DNA of 64,000 bases from Desulfuromonadales bacterium (GCA_029289095.1 JARFUG010000002.1:50880-114879), one strand, 5' to 3'. Numbered from the stretch's first letter, positions 9,242 through 19,067 are shown. Translations and numbers: made by a program. Notes: generated by a model not told the origin, from the sequence alone.

Positions 9242-10192
9242 TTATAGACCCTCCTCCTCACGACGTTTCGGCAACAGGGACCAGAGGCCCTTCGGCAAAA
9301 AGAAAATGATCAGCAGTAGCGAACCGCCAAGGATCATCTGCCAGGTGTATGGAGCCAGATCTAAAGCAATGGTGCGGATAATTTCAATCAGGAAGGCCCC
9401 GACCAAAGGCGCGGCGACGTGAAGGGTGCCGCCAAGCAGGGCGATAAAAACAAATTCCCCAGAGGTGGCCCAGAAGGCCATTTCCGGATCGACATGCCCG
9501 GCGGCAACTGCGGTAATGGCGCCTCCGAATGCAGCAAGTACGGCCGCCACGACGTACTTGATATAGATCAGACGTCTAGGCGAAACGCCCAGATATTCGA
9601 CACGGATTTCGTTCTCACGGATGGCTTCGCCGCCAAACCCCATGGGCGAGCGGAAATAGAGGTGCATGACAAGAAGGGCCACCAGAGTAATGATAACCGC
9701 CAAGGCGAATATCCAAGTACCGCTGGCCTCAACCTCCGGTTGCCAGCCAAAAAGAGTGGCCTGCGCAATGATGAAACCGTCGGTGCTCCCCAACTTCTCG
9801 CTTTTGACCAGGATTCCGTAAAGGATCATGGAGAAGGCCATGGTCAACATAGCGAAGAAGATTTCCCGATATCGACATAGCAGCAGACCGAGAATGGAGC
9901 TGAGGAGAGTTGCAGCCAGTACCACGAGGAGAAAAACCAGGGCGACATCCGTGATGCCCCAGTGTTGTCCTGAGATGCCCACGATGTAGCCGCCCAGACA
10001 GTAATAGAGGCCCTGGCCGAAGGAAACCAGTCCCGTGCGCATCAGCAAAATAAGCCCGAGCACCACCAAACCCTTGGCCATTGAAATGGTAAATAGAAAG
10101 ACGAGCCAATTGGGGATAAACAGGCCAACAACCAGCAGGAGAAGAAGCGCGGCGCATAAAAAAATCGGGGTTCTATCTGATCCCATCGTCAT
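9242..10192 (-). CDS. livM: HAAT-family ABC transporter permease
   Basis: 316 aa and polytopic. It abuts livG and overlaps livH by 4 nt. Confidence 0.8.
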   Translation of the reverse strand: MTMGSDRTPIFLCAALLLLLVVGLFIPNWLVFLFTISMAKGLVVLGLILLMRTGLVSFGQGLYYCLGGYIVGISGQHWGITDVALVFLLVVLAATLLSSILGLLLCRYREIFFAMLTMAFSMILYGILVKSEKLGSTDGFIIAQATLFGWQPEVEASGTWIFALAVIITLVALLVMHLYFRSPMGFGGEAIRENEIRVEYLGVSPRRLIYIKYVVAAVLAAFGGAITAVAAGHVDPEMAFWATSGEFVFIALLGGTLHVAAPLVGAFLIEIIRTIALDLAPYTWQMILGGSLLLIIFFLPKGLWSLLPKRREEEGL

Positions 10193-11085
10193 ATTTTCCT
10201 CGCCCTGGCAATAACGAACAGGCCCTGAGGACGGACTGCCAGTACCGCCGCCATGACGCCATAGATGATGAACAGTTCAAACTGGGGATAGGTGTGAACC
10301 GCCAAAGCTCGGCAGATCCCGACCAGAAGCGCGCCGATGGCCGCGCCCCCTACACTTCCAAGCCCGCCGATGACCACTACAGCGAAGGCGAGAATGATGA
10401 TTTCGATGCCGATTCCAGGGGCAACCGAAAGGGCGGGCGCGGTCAGCCCGCCGGCCAGTGCGCCCAAAGCGCTGCCGATAATGAAGGTGACAATAAAGAT
10501 CCTGGTGACATTGATCCCCATCGCCAGAGAGATTTCCCGGTCGTGGATGACCGCTCGAAGCAATTTTCCCTGCCTGGTGCGATTGAGTGCATACCAGAGC
10601 GCAAATCCAACCAGACCTGCTACTGCGATCAACGTCAGGTCATAGCCGGCAAAGGTAAGATCGCTGAATCGAACACGACCGATCATACCGTAAGGCTGAT
10701 AAGCGAAATACGCATCCACCCCCCAGAGCAGCTTAGTAACATCTTCCAGGATCAGCAGAACCCCGTAGGTCACCAGTATCATCACAACTTCGTCACGCCC
10801 ATACATCCGACGCAGGACGCCTCGCTCGATGATCAGACCGGTCACCATTCCGGCGATTACAGCCCCGCCAATAAACAGAGCAAAACTCCCCCAGGGAGGA
10901 TGGCCACTGCCGAAGTACCATCCAACCAGAGATGCGGCAGAGTAGGCGCCGATCGCATAAAGGCTGCCGTGGGCCATGTTGAGAATTTTCATGACCCCAT
11001 ACACAAGGGTCAGGCCAGCGGCAACAATGAACAGCCAGGAGGCGTAAACCAGACCGTCGATCAGGATGGCCAGTAATGTTTCCAT
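10189..11085 (-). CDS. livH: HAAT-family ABC transporter permease
   Basis: 298 aa, polytopic, with a LivH-like pattern (NMAHGSLYAIGAY). Confidence 0.8.
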   Translation of the reverse strand: METLLAILIDGLVYASWLFIVAAGLTLVYGVMKILNMAHGSLYAIGAYSAASLVGWYFGSGHPPWGSFALFIGGAVIAGMVTGLIIERGVLRRMYGRDEVVMILVTYGVLLILEDVTKLLWGVDAYFAYQPYGMIGRVRFSDLTFAGYDLTLIAVAGLVGFALWYALNRTRQGKLLRAVIHDREISLAMGINVTRIFIVTFIIGSALGALAGGLTAPALSVAPGIGIEIIILAFAVVVIGGLGSVGGAAIGALLVGICRALAVHTYPQFELFIIYGVMAAVLAVRPQGLFVIARARKI

Positions 11086-11114
11086 TTGTCATTCTCGTGT
11101 GAATGGGGTGGTGG

Positions 11115-11141
11115 CCGGAGGCGGGATGTTCCCGCCTCCGG
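11115..11141 (-). other. Intercistronic stem-loop between the binding-protein gene and the permease genes
   Basis: CCGGAGGCGGGA-tgt-TCCCGCCTCCGG forms a 12-bp perfect stem with no U-tract. It lies between the stop at 11152 and the start at 11085. Confidence 0.55.
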
Positions 11142-11151
11142 AGATGGAAAC

Positions 11152-12480
11152 TTAGTTACAGGAGGTCTGCTTCAGGGAGTTTTTTATCCAGTCTTCACTC
11201 TTGACGCCGTCGGGAGGATTAACGCATTCGGCTGGGTAGCGTCTGACATTGTAGATTTCAGGCTTTCCATTTTTCTTAGTAAACTGGCCGTAAACCATTT
11301 CCTGCACGGCCTGGTGGCCCTTCCCAAGACTCATGCGGACAACGCCGCTGGGGGCCTGGAATTCGAGCCCTTTAAGAGCGGCAGCAATTTCCTCTTTATT
11401 TGGTTTGCCATTTTTTGCAGCAGCGGCTTTATCGACGGCCGCCTTCAGTCCGAGGATGGCTTGTGCCATTTTGTAAGAAGGATAGGTAGGTGGCGTACCG
11501 AATCTGTCCATGTAGCTCTTGCGGAACCAGTCGTTAAGCGGGCTGGCGGGAGCGAAAACACCGAAGGGTCCGCGGCCGCCGATGATGGTGCCTTCTGGAA
11601 TCTGGTCCGAGAGGCGGAACATGGCCGTTTCACCGCAGGTAAAAATTCCTTGTGAGTTATCGAACAGACCACGGGCCGCACCCTGAAGCACCAATCCCTC
11701 CATATCACCACCCCAGAAGCTGGAATGAATAACTTCAGCCCGGCTGACCATGACCGCGGAAATCTCGGATCCGTACTGCCCAGCTCCAAGCTTTGGGAAC
11801 TGCTCGGTTTTGATGTCAACATCGGGCTTAAGCACTCCCATAGCCCATTTGAAGTCATTCCAGGAATCGAATCCCCAGGCGTAGTTCTGGTTCATCCCCG
11901 AAACCGACTTGAGATTCGGCTTTAATTCGAGGATGTAGCGAGCAGCGGCAACATTGTCCATGGTGGATGTAGGCCCGGTACGGAACACGTATTTGTAGTC
12001 GTTGTCTTCAAAGATTCTCGGTGTACCGCAATCGAAGAAGATTGTGAGTGCTCTCAACTCTTCAGCAACCGGAGCAATGGCCAGGCAGTCTCCACTGGAG
12101 ATGTACCCGATAACAGCATCGACATTTCGGCGCTGAACAAGATTGCGGAACTCGCCGACCTGCTTGGTTCCACCCCCGGCCTCATCGATGATCGTCGACT
12201 CGATAGTCATACCAGCCAATCCCTTGCTATCGTAAGGGGACGGCAAGGTGCCGGCATTGATCGCTTCGATAATGAGCTCCGCGGCGTTACGTGCTGGGAC
12301 GCCGAACGGGCCGGCGGCTGCTCCGGAAAGAAAAGTTACCAAGCCGAGCTTGTAGGTGCCCTCGTCAGCACGAACGGAGGGAGGGTGCCCGAGACAGAGC
12401 GCAGCTGTAAGCAGACAAACGATTGAAGCTGTTGCCAGTTGAACAGGGGAATAGTTCCTAACGTTTTTTCTTCCTGCCAT
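11152..12480 (-). CDS. ABC transporter periplasmic substrate-binding protein (type I, Liv/amide-binding-like)
   Basis: ORF 11152..12636 trimmed to ATG 12478-12480, with GGAGGG upstream. A signal peptide ends ...VRADEG. It is the first gene of the ABC set. Confidence 0.8.
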   Translation of the reverse strand: MAGRKNVRNYSPVQLATASIVCLLTAALCLGHPPSVRADEGTYKLGLVTFLSGAAAGPFGVPARNAAELIIEAINAGTLPSPYDSKGLAGMTIESTIIDEAGGGTKQVGEFRNLVQRRNVDAVIGYISSGDCLAIAPVAEELRALTIFFDCGTPRIFEDNDYKYVFRTGPTSTMDNVAAARYILELKPNLKSVSGMNQNYAWGFDSWNDFKWAMGVLKPDVDIKTEQFPKLGAGQYGSEISAVMVSRAEVIHSSFWGGDMEGLVLQGAARGLFDNSQGIFTCGETAMFRLSDQIPEGTIIGGRGPFGVFAPASPLNDWFRKSYMDRFGTPPTYPSYKMAQAILGLKAAVDKAAAAKNGKPNKEEIAAALKGLEFQAPSGVVRMSLGKGHQAVQEMVYGQFTKKNGKPEIYNVRRYPAECVNPPDGVKSEDWIKNSLKQTSCN

Positions 12481-12576
12481 GTTGCCCTCCGTCGGGTTGG
12501 GGCCGGGAGCCCGTTGTCCAGATTGCGAACTTTGTTGGTCCGATGGCCGAAGAAGCCATCTATAAATCATTGTTTT

Positions 12577-12592
12577 AGCAATGTGTATACCA
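12577..12592 (-). promoter_or_regulatory. Sigma-54 (-24/-12) promoter
   Basis: The minus strand reads TGGTATACACATTGCT, which has GG-N10-GC spacing and fits TGGYAYR-N4-TTGCW. It lies about 97 nt upstream of the binding-protein ATG, and a sigma-54 activator gene sits immediately upstream. Confidence 0.7.
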
Positions 12593-12668
12593 AGGTGCCT
12601 GCAATTCATAACACCCTGAAAATATGGGAATAACAACTTTTGATTATTTTTGGAACCCGGGACGAGGA

Positions 12669-12682
12669 TTGCAGAGCTGCAA
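12669..12682. promoter_or_regulatory. Perfect palindrome TTGCAGAGCTGCAA (candidate regulator site)
   Basis: A 6-2-6 palindrome about 80 nt upstream of the -24 element. Confidence 0.3.
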
Positions 12683-12750
12683 TAGGAGGTGCCGACTGAG
12701 GAGGGTGTTTTTGAGGTATTCTTTTAAAATTTCAAAGCTCTATCTGGCTA

Positions 12751-12784
12751 ATTGCATGATTGCACTATTGATTGCATCAATGCA
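12751..12784. promoter_or_regulatory. Cluster of ATTGCA repeats and an ATTGAT-TGC-ATCAAT palindrome (candidate enhancer/UAS for the sigma-54 activator)
   Basis: ATTGCA occurs at 12751, 12759 and 12771, with AATGCA at 12779. The palindrome is at 12767-12781. The cluster is 160-190 nt upstream of the -24/-12 promoter. Confidence 0.35.
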
Positions 12785-12786
12785 GT

Positions 12787-14538
12787 CTACTTGATGCCGT
12801 ATTTGCTCGCCTTTCGCCACAAGGTTGTCGGATGGATACCGAGAGACCGGGCTGCCAGAGCCTCGGTTGGCTGGCAGGCGAGCGCCTCCTCGATCAGCTT
12901 TTTCTCCAAGGCTTCCAAGGCATCCTTGAGGACTTGTGAGTTGATCGATGCACAAGGGTCGGTTGGTGAATCACTTCGGATTTCCAAGGGCAAATCGTCC
13001 AGATCAACGGTTTCATGCCATGACATGACAACCATCTGCTCCAGGATATTGAATAGTTGCCGAACATTCCCGGGATAGGAATATTCCTGCAGCCGGTTCA
13101 GCACAGAAGGCGAAAAGCGTTTGGAGGTATGGTGCTTACGATTGTACGCTTCGAGAAACTTATGGATAAGGGCCGGGATATCCTCCCGATGATCACGTAG
13201 TGGAGGTATGTCGATCGGCACGACACTGAGCCGATAGAACAGGTCCTCTCGGAATTGGTGGCGCCTCATCATCTCTCGCAGGTCCCGGTTGGTTGCGGCG
13301 ATAATCCGAACATCGACCGGTACGCTTCTGGTACCGCCCACCCTGGTAAATGTCTTTTCCTCTATTACCTCGAGCAGTTTAACCTGCAGGTCCAGCTTCA
13401 ACTCGCCGATCTCATCGAGGAACAAAGTGCCGCCATGTGCGGCCTCGATCATCCCGGCTTTGCCGTCGCTGCGCGCGCCGGTAAAAGCCCCCTTTTCGTA
13501 CCCAAAGAGTTCACTTTCAATCAGGGATTCAGGAATCGTTCCGCAGTTTATTTTGACGAAAGGGCGATCCTTGCGAACACCCATCTGATGAATGGCACGT
13601 GCCAGCATGCTTTTACCGGTACCTGACTCGCCGCTGAGCAGGACAGAAACATCCGACCCTGCGACCTTGACTGCCCGGTGAACCACCTGGAGCATGGCAT
13701 GGCTCTTTACGACCATGTCCTTGAGCATCTGCTCCATCTCTTCCTGCTCCCTGATCGACTGGTAAAACCGACTATTCAAAAGTCGACTCTCCTCCAGTTC
13801 GGCTCGCAAGTGATTGAGCTCTGTAATATCCCGTACATTGGTCACGATCAGGTCGATCAATCCATTTTCATTGTAAGTCGGAGTACCGGTAACCATGACC
13901 TGCTTGCCACCCCTGACATGCTGAAGCATTGACGCTTGTCCCCGCTCTTTAAGAACCTGGAGAGTAACTGAATAATCAAATACTCCTTCTTCCACCAAGT
14001 CATTCATGTTCCTACCCACTAGATTTTCTCTGGACAATCCAGTAATTCGCTCGTAAGCACTGTTGACTCGGATCGTATTGGCCTCGCCGTCGGCAATGTA
14101 AAGGCCATCTTGGGAAGATTCGAATATGGCCTCCAATTCACGATGGAGTGCCTGGTAGCCTTGAAGCTTGGACATTATTGATTCGTATTCAGAAATATCC
14201 TGAAAAACCGAAATGGCGCCGATAATGTCCCCTTCAAAAAGAATAGGGCTCCTATTGACGATGATGGAGACCTGAGCGAGTGAAATTTTTCTCCCAATCT
14301 GGGATTTCCCAGTTTCGAGAACTTCCTGCAGATCAGGCCAGGCCTCCGGGCGCAGGATCGAAAAATGCTGGCCGACGACTTTTGTCGGGTCTTCATTGAA
14401 GATCCGCGAAGCAGCGGTATTGTAAAAAACTACGATTCCATTTAGGTCCAGAATCATGATTCCATTGTGGCTGCCATTGATAATGGCAGCTATCGGCCCC
14501 TTGAACACTTCCCCGAGATTAAAATTCCTTCCAGCCAT
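12787..14538 (-). CDS. Sigma-54-dependent transcriptional activator with N-terminal PAS domains and a C-terminal Fis-type HTH
   Basis: 583 aa with GESGTGKSMLARAIH, ESELFGYEKGAFTGA and a C-terminal HTH region. Confidence 0.9.
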   Translation of the reverse strand: MAGRNFNLGEVFKGPIAAIINGSHNGIMILDLNGIVVFYNTAASRIFNEDPTKVVGQHFSILRPEAWPDLQEVLETGKSQIGRKISLAQVSIIVNRSPILFEGDIIGAISVFQDISEYESIMSKLQGYQALHRELEAIFESSQDGLYIADGEANTIRVNSAYERITGLSRENLVGRNMNDLVEEGVFDYSVTLQVLKERGQASMLQHVRGGKQVMVTGTPTYNENGLIDLIVTNVRDITELNHLRAELEESRLLNSRFYQSIREQEEMEQMLKDMVVKSHAMLQVVHRAVKVAGSDVSVLLSGESGTGKSMLARAIHQMGVRKDRPFVKINCGTIPESLIESELFGYEKGAFTGARSDGKAGMIEAAHGGTLFLDEIGELKLDLQVKLLEVIEEKTFTRVGGTRSVPVDVRIIAATNRDLREMMRRHQFREDLFYRLSVVPIDIPPLRDHREDIPALIHKFLEAYNRKHHTSKRFSPSVLNRLQEYSYPGNVRQLFNILEQMVVMSWHETVDLDDLPLEIRSDSPTDPCASINSQVLKDALEALEKKLIEEALACQPTEALAARSLGIHPTTLWRKASKYGIK

Positions 14539-14684
14539 TGAACCTCCGAAGCTCCGCTCTCCCTTGAATCAAAAAGCACTAATGGATTCTTGATGTGCTG
14601 TGCGATCTCCGATTATAGCTTGATTGATTATTTTCGGGAACAGGTCAATCTGCTCTCAAGGTCCTGGTTCAGCGTTTGAAGATC

Positions 14685-14741
14685 AAAAAAAGTCCCCAAG
14701 GCCAGGCCCCACGTCAAAAATGGGACCCTGGCCCTGGGGAC
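14685..14741 (-). terminator. Rho-independent terminator downstream of sucD
   Basis: The minus strand reads GTCCCCAGGGCCAGG...CCTGGCCTTGGGGAC followed by TTTTTTT. Confidence 0.75.
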
Positions 14742-14779
14742 CTCGGATTGCTTTTTCTTCCTTGGATTTTAGACAAAAG

Positions 14780-15652
14780 CTAAGGCTTGTAAACCTTGAG
14801 CAGCGCCTGCGCCATTTCGGCCGGAGTGGCGGCGACGCTGATCTTGCAGGACTCGAGGACGGCGATCTTTTCCGCAGCCGTTCCCTTGCCGCCGGAGATA
14901 ATGGCGCCGGCGTGTCCCATGCGCTTTCCGGGGGGAGCGGTTGCGCCGGCGATGAAGGCGGCGACGGGCTTGGTCATCTTCTCGCAGACGAAGCGGGCGG
15001 CCTCCTCCTCGGCGTTGCCGCCGATCTCGCCGATCATGATCACCGCCTCGGTGGCGGGATCGTCCTGAAACATGGCGAGCACGTCGACGAAGTTGGTGCC
15101 GTTGACCGGGTCGCCGCCGATCCCGACGCAGGTCGACTGACCGATCCCCTGAGTGGTGAGCTGCCAGACCGCCTCGTAGGTGAGGGTGCCGGAGCGCGAG
15201 ACGATGCCGACGGGGCCGGGCTTGTGGATGTAGCCTGGCATGATGCCGATCTTGCACTGGCCGGGGGTGATGACGCCGGGGCAGTTGGGGCCGACCAGGC
15301 GCGTCTTTTTCCCCTGCAGGTAGTGCTTCACCTTGACCATGTCGAGAACCGGCACCCCTTCGGTGATGCAGCAGATGAGGTCGAGCTCCGCATCGATCGC
15401 CTCCATGATGGCGTCGGCGCATTGGGTGGGGGGCACGTAGATCACCGAGGCGTTGGCCCCCGTCTCGCGCACCGCCTCCGAGACGGTGTTGAAGACCGGA
15501 AAGTCCTCGATCTGCGTTCCGCCCTTGCCCGGCGTGACCCCGCCGACCATCTGGGTGCCGTACTCCCGGGCCGCCTTGGCATGAAAGAGACCGGTGGCGC
15601 CGGTGATCCCCTGGGTGATGACTTTTGTATTCTTGTCGACCAGTATGCTCAT
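14780..15652 (-). CDS. sucD: Succinyl-CoA synthetase, alpha subunit
   Basis: 290 aa beginning [18 protein letters not shown], with ...MGHAGAII (the phosphohistidine region). Confidence 0.95.
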   Translation of the reverse strand: MSILVDKNTKVITQGITGATGLFHAKAAREYGTQMVGGVTPGKGGTQIEDFPVFNTVSEAVRETGANASVIYVPPTQCADAIMEAIDAELDLICCITEGVPVLDMVKVKHYLQGKKTRLVGPNCPGVITPGQCKIGIMPGYIHKPGPVGIVSRSGTLTYEAVWQLTTQGIGQSTCVGIGGDPVNGTNFVDVLAMFQDDPATEAVIMIGEIGGNAEEEAARFVCEKMTKPVAAFIAGATAPPGKRMGHAGAIISGGKGTAAEKIAVLESCKISVAATPAEMAQALLKVYKP

Positions 15653-15745
15653 GGATAGCTCCCTCGAAAATCAGGTAAAAAGCCAAAGGCAAAAGGTTGA
15701 ATGCGATACCTCGGGCCTGGGGCCTTTGGCCTCGCGCCTGATTGA

Positions 15746-16909
15746 TTATCCCTTGACCGCCTTGACGATCTTCTCCGCGGCGTCGGCCATTCCGTCGGCG
15801 GTCACGATGTTGAGACCGCTCTCGGCGAGCAGCCGCTTACCCTTCTCGACGTTGGTCCCCTCGAGGCGCACCACAAGCGGCACTGTGATCCCGACCTGTT
15901 TGGCCGCCTCGATGATCCCGGTGGCGATGAAGTCGCAGCGCATGATCCCGCCGAAGATGTTGACCAGGATTCCTTTCACCTTCTCGTCGGAGAGGATGAG
16001 CTTGAAAGCCTCGGTGACGCGCTCGATGGTTGCTCCGCCCCCGACGTCGAGAAAGTTGGCCGGCTCGCCGCCGTAATGCTTGATGATGTCCATCGTCGCC
16101 ATGGCGAGGCCCGCCCCATTGACAAGGCAGCCGATGTTGCCGTCAAGAGCGATGTAGGAGAGGTCGTACTGGGTCGCCTCGATCTCGAAGGGGTCTTCCT
16201 CATCGTAGTCGCGCATGTCGCGGATGAGGCGATGGCGGAACAGGGCGTTATCGTCGAAATTGAGCTTGGCATCAAGGGCGATGAGATCCCCCTCGGCGGT
16301 GACGACCAGGGGATTGACCTCGAGCAGGGAGCAGTCCGATTCGATGAAGGCTTTGTAGAGACCGCCCAGGAGCTGAACCGCCTGGTTCACCTGTTTGCCT
16401 TCGAGCCCGAGGGCGAAGGCGATCTTGCGGCACTGGAAAGGGGCCAGGCCGATCAGCGGGTCGATCGGCTCCTTGAGGATCTTCTCGGGGGTCTTCTCGG
16501 CGACCTCCTCGATGTCCATTCCCCCTTCGGTGGAGGCCATCAGCGTCACCTTGGAAGTGCCGCGGTCGACCAGAAGGCTGACGTAGAGTTCCCGGGCGAT
16601 GCGGGATCCCTTCTCAACCAGGATACGCTTGACGATTTTACCCTCGGGGCCGGTCTGCGGAGTGACGAGGGTCATGCCGATCATCTCTCGGGCGATCCGC
16701 TTCACCTCGTCGGGGGTGTGGGCCAGCTTGACGCCCCCCCCCTTGCCGCGGCCGCCGGCATGGATCTGGGCCTTGAGGACCCAGGGGCCGTCGCCGAGGC
16801 GCTTGGCCCAGTCGCGGGCGCTGGCGCTGTTGTAGGTGACATGACCGTCGGGAACGGCCACGCCGTACTTGCGCAGAATCTCCTTCGCCTGGTACTCATG
16901 AATGTTCAT
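15746..16909 (-). CDS. sucC: Succinyl-CoA synthetase, beta subunit
   Basis: 387 aa beginning [17 protein letters not shown]. It is canonical SucC. Confidence 0.95.
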   Translation of the reverse strand: MNIHEYQAKEILRKYGVAVPDGHVTYNSASARDWAKRLGDGPWVLKAQIHAGGRGKGGGVKLAHTPDEVKRIAREMIGMTLVTPQTGPEGKIVKRILVEKGSRIARELYVSLLVDRGTSKVTLMASTEGGMDIEEVAEKTPEKILKEPIDPLIGLAPFQCRKIAFALGLEGKQVNQAVQLLGGLYKAFIESDCSLLEVNPLVVTAEGDLIALDAKLNFDDNALFRHRLIRDMRDYDEEDPFEIEATQYDLSYIALDGNIGCLVNGAGLAMATMDIIKHYGGEPANFLDVGGGATIERVTEAFKLILSDEKVKGILVNIFGGIMRCDFIATGIIEAAKQVGITVPLVVRLEGTNVEKGKRLLAESGLNIVTADGMADAAEKIVKAVKG

Positions 16910-17003
16910 TGGGTCCTCTCAGCTCTAGGAAGGAAAAACGAAATCGTGCGCCGGAAGTTCCTCCGACGCGGTCTCGGGAGCAGTCGCGACGACGTATACG
17001 GTC

Positions 17004-17019
17004 AGCAAGGGAAATGCCA
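17004..17019 (-). promoter_or_regulatory. Sigma-54 (-24/-12) promoter candidate upstream of sucC
   Basis: The minus strand reads TGGCATTTCCCTTGCT, a near-consensus TGGCAY-N5-TTGCW with exact spacing. It lies about 95 nt upstream of the sucC ATG. Confidence 0.6.
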
Positions 17020-17235
17020 GATTCCCGCCGGGAACACAGTGACGATAATCTGCACTCTTACCATCGGGGAATGAAATCTTTAGCCTAAAGAAGAGGCGAA
17101 GAGCCGCCAATAAGGCGAAAAATCGACAATTGGTCAGGCCATTTCAAGAAATATATACCAGCGAATTCATTTTCGCTACAGAAAAACTTCACTATGGCTA
17201 AATCAGTTTCGCCGCCCGGGGAATCGAACCCTCCA

Positions 17236-17288
17236 AAAGAAAAACGGCCGCTTTCCCCTGCCGAAGTATAGCAGAGGGAAGCGGCCGC
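17236..17288 (-). terminator. Rho-independent terminator downstream of tal
   Basis: The minus strand reads CGGCCGCTTCCCTCTGC-tatacttc-GGCAGGGGAAAGCGGCCG followed by TTTTTCTTTT. Confidence 0.8.
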
Positions 17289-17306
17289 AAGGCGAGGGAG
17301 AAGGGG

Positions 17307-17954
17307 TTATTTCTGCCCTTTTTTCCAGTCGGCGAGAAACTTCTCGATGCCGACGTCGGTCAGCGGGTGTTTGGCGAGTTGGGTCATGACCGAGTACGGC
17401 AGGGTGCAGATGTCGGCGCCGGTGAGCGCCGCCCGCAGCACATGCACGGGGTTGCGCACGGAGGCGACGATGATCTCGGTGTTGTAGCCATAGTTGTCGA
17501 AAATGGTTCGGATCTGGTCGATCCCTTCCATGCCGTCGTGGCCGACGTCATCGAGGCGTCCGACGAAGGGGGAGACGTAGGTCGCCCCGGCCTTGGCCGC
17601 CAGAAGAGCCTGTAAAGGGGAGAAGACGAGAGTGACGTTGGTCTTGATCCCTTCGGAATTGAAGACGTGGACCGCCTTGAGCCCCTCCTCGGTCATCGGG
17701 ACCTTGATGACGATGTTTTTCGGGTTGATCTTGGCGAGTTCCTGCCCTTCGCGAACCATCCCCTCAGCGTCGAGGGCGATGACTTCGGCCGAGATGGGGC
17801 CGTCGACGATGGAGGTGATCTCGGCGATAACGTCCTCGAACCTGCGCCCGCTTTTGGCAATGAGGGATGGGTTGGTGGTGACGCCGTCGACGAGACCGAG
17901 GTCGTGGGCCTTGCGGATTTCGGAAACTTCGGCGGTATCGATGAAGAATTTCAT
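17307..17954 (-). CDS. tal: Transaldolase / fructose-6-phosphate aldolase (short type 3B)
   Basis: ORF trimmed to [10 protein letters not shown]... at 17954. It has GVTTNPSL and IKVPMT motifs and is 215 aa. Confidence 0.9.
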   Translation of the reverse strand: MKFFIDTAEVSEIRKAHDLGLVDGVTTNPSLIAKSGRRFEDVIAEITSIVDGPISAEVIALDAEGMVREGQELAKINPKNIVIKVPMTEEGLKAVHVFNSEGIKTNVTLVFSPLQALLAAKAGATYVSPFVGRLDDVGHDGMEGIDQIRTIFDNYGYNTEIIVASVRNPVHVLRAALTGADICTLPYSVMTQLAKHPLTDVGIEKFLADWKKGQK

Positions 17955-18004
17955 GGGTGTTACTCCTGTTCGAAAGTTTTTTAGGAAGGATCCAAAACCG
18001 GTTT

Positions 18005-18104
18005 CACGCAACGCCGCAACGACGCGACGTAAAACCGAAGGTTAAACCTTTGAATTCAGTGGGGATTCTGAAGTGCCTTTCGTTGCGCCGTCGCGTCGTC
18101 GCGT
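18005..18104. repeat. Intergenic element with inverted arms made of tandem octamers
   Basis: The left arm is CACGCAAC GCCGCAAC GACGCGAC (18005-18028). The right arm is CGTTGCGCCGTCGCGTCGTCGCGT (18081-18104), which is the inverted octamers. The 52-nt centre contains the AAGGTT-T-AACCTT palindrome. Confidence 0.55.
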
Positions 18105-18211
18105 AAGGCGCATTTTCCTGGGCTCCGCAGACAAATGCCTCAAGGCGGCTGTTCTGATCGTTTACCCTTCCGGAAATTGCGGCGAAAATGTCCCCTGTCG
18201 TGGTATGCTTT

Positions 18212-18472
18212 TCATTGTTGGTTTTCATCGCCGTTAAATCTGTTTTTGCACTCTTCGGAACAAAAGTAGTAGCGATTCCCCCCGATGCTCTTCTCGATGG
18301 CGTCGCCGCGGGGGAGAAAGATGCCGCAGCTCGGATCCTTGACCATGTCCTCCCCCCTCAGAGTCTTCTCCGGCCGTACCGTGTCGGATTTCTTCGACAG
18401 CAGGCGCACAACTGCCGTGAAGACGGTGTACGCCAGGAAGAAGAGGAGAATGAGCAGGAGAAGTCGCGTCAT
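18212..18472 (-). CDS. Small membrane-anchored YHS/TRASH-type metal-binding domain protein
   Basis: These are the last 86 codons of ORF 18212..19111, from ATG 18470-18472. There is an N-terminal TM helix followed by DPSCGIFLPRGDAI...YYFCSEECKNRF. Confidence 0.65.
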   Translation of the reverse strand: MTRLLLLILLFFLAYTVFTAVVRLLSKKSDTVRPEKTLRGEDMVKDPSCGIFLPRGDAIEKSIGGNRYYFCSEECKNRFNGDENQQ

Positions 18473-18476
18473 CGGT

Positions 18477-18974
18477 TCACCATTCGAAGGAAGTGCGGCG
18501 GACCCCTGCGGTGCAGCAGAGGGTTGCCGAAAGGGGGCCAGGCGCCACTGCCTGCGCCAGACGCGCCGGGTCCGCCTCCACATCGAGCAGAGGGACAAGA
18601 ACGAAGGGGCGCTCGTGCAGCCGGGGATGGGGGAGGACGAGATCGGGCGCCTGCACGACGACGTCGCCGTAGACAAGGATATCGACGTCGAGGGTGCGCG
18701 CCCCCCATCGCGTATCGCGCTGCCGGCCGAAGCGCTCCTCCACCTGTTGGCAAAGGGCGAGGAGCTGTCGGGGCGACAGACTCGTCTCCACCCGCAGAAC
18801 GGCGTTGAGATAAGGCCCCTGCCCTGCCGGCCCCCCGACGGGCTCGGTTTCGTAGATGGCCGAGGCCGCCTCGACCCGTACTCCGTCGGCGTCGTGGAGA
18901 GCGCTGCGCCCCCCGCGCAGGATATGGAGACGGTCGCCGAGATTGGAGCCGAGGGCGAGGTAGGCGGTCTGCAC
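18477..18974 (-). CDS. folK: 2-amino-4-hydroxy-6-hydroxymethyldihydropteridine diphosphokinase
   Basis: 165 aa with MQTAYLALGSNLGDR, RTLDVDIL and HPRLHERPFVLVPL. Confidence 0.9.
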   Translation of the reverse strand: MQTAYLALGSNLGDRLHILRGGRSALHDADGVRVEAASAIYETEPVGGPAGQGPYLNAVLRVETSLSPRQLLALCQQVEERFGRQRDTRWGARTLDVDILVYGDVVVQAPDLVLPHPRLHERPFVLVPLLDVEADPARLAQAVAPGPLSATLCCTAGVRRTSFEW

Positions 18975-19067
18975 GGTGCACCTGTCCGGAGAAAGTCGAA
19001 GGTCCGATTAAACCACAGCGCCTTCCGGTAGTCAACGCGCCCTCGCGCCGGCGGAAAGGAACCTCGA

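Noticed and set aside
14624-17074. Plus-strand ORFs (14624..15658 and 16076..17074) and alternative minus frames over sucCD.
   Set aside because: The sucC and sucD frames are unambiguous, and the other frames are Gly/Asp/Arg-rich artefacts.
17222-17240. A tRNA T-arm-like sequence (GGTTCGATTCCCC on the minus strand), considered as a possible tRNA or attachment-site remnant.
   Set aside because: The flanking sequence has no complementary T-stem, acceptor stem or anticodon arm. The adjacent sequence is the tal terminator. No integrase or repeat partner is nearby.
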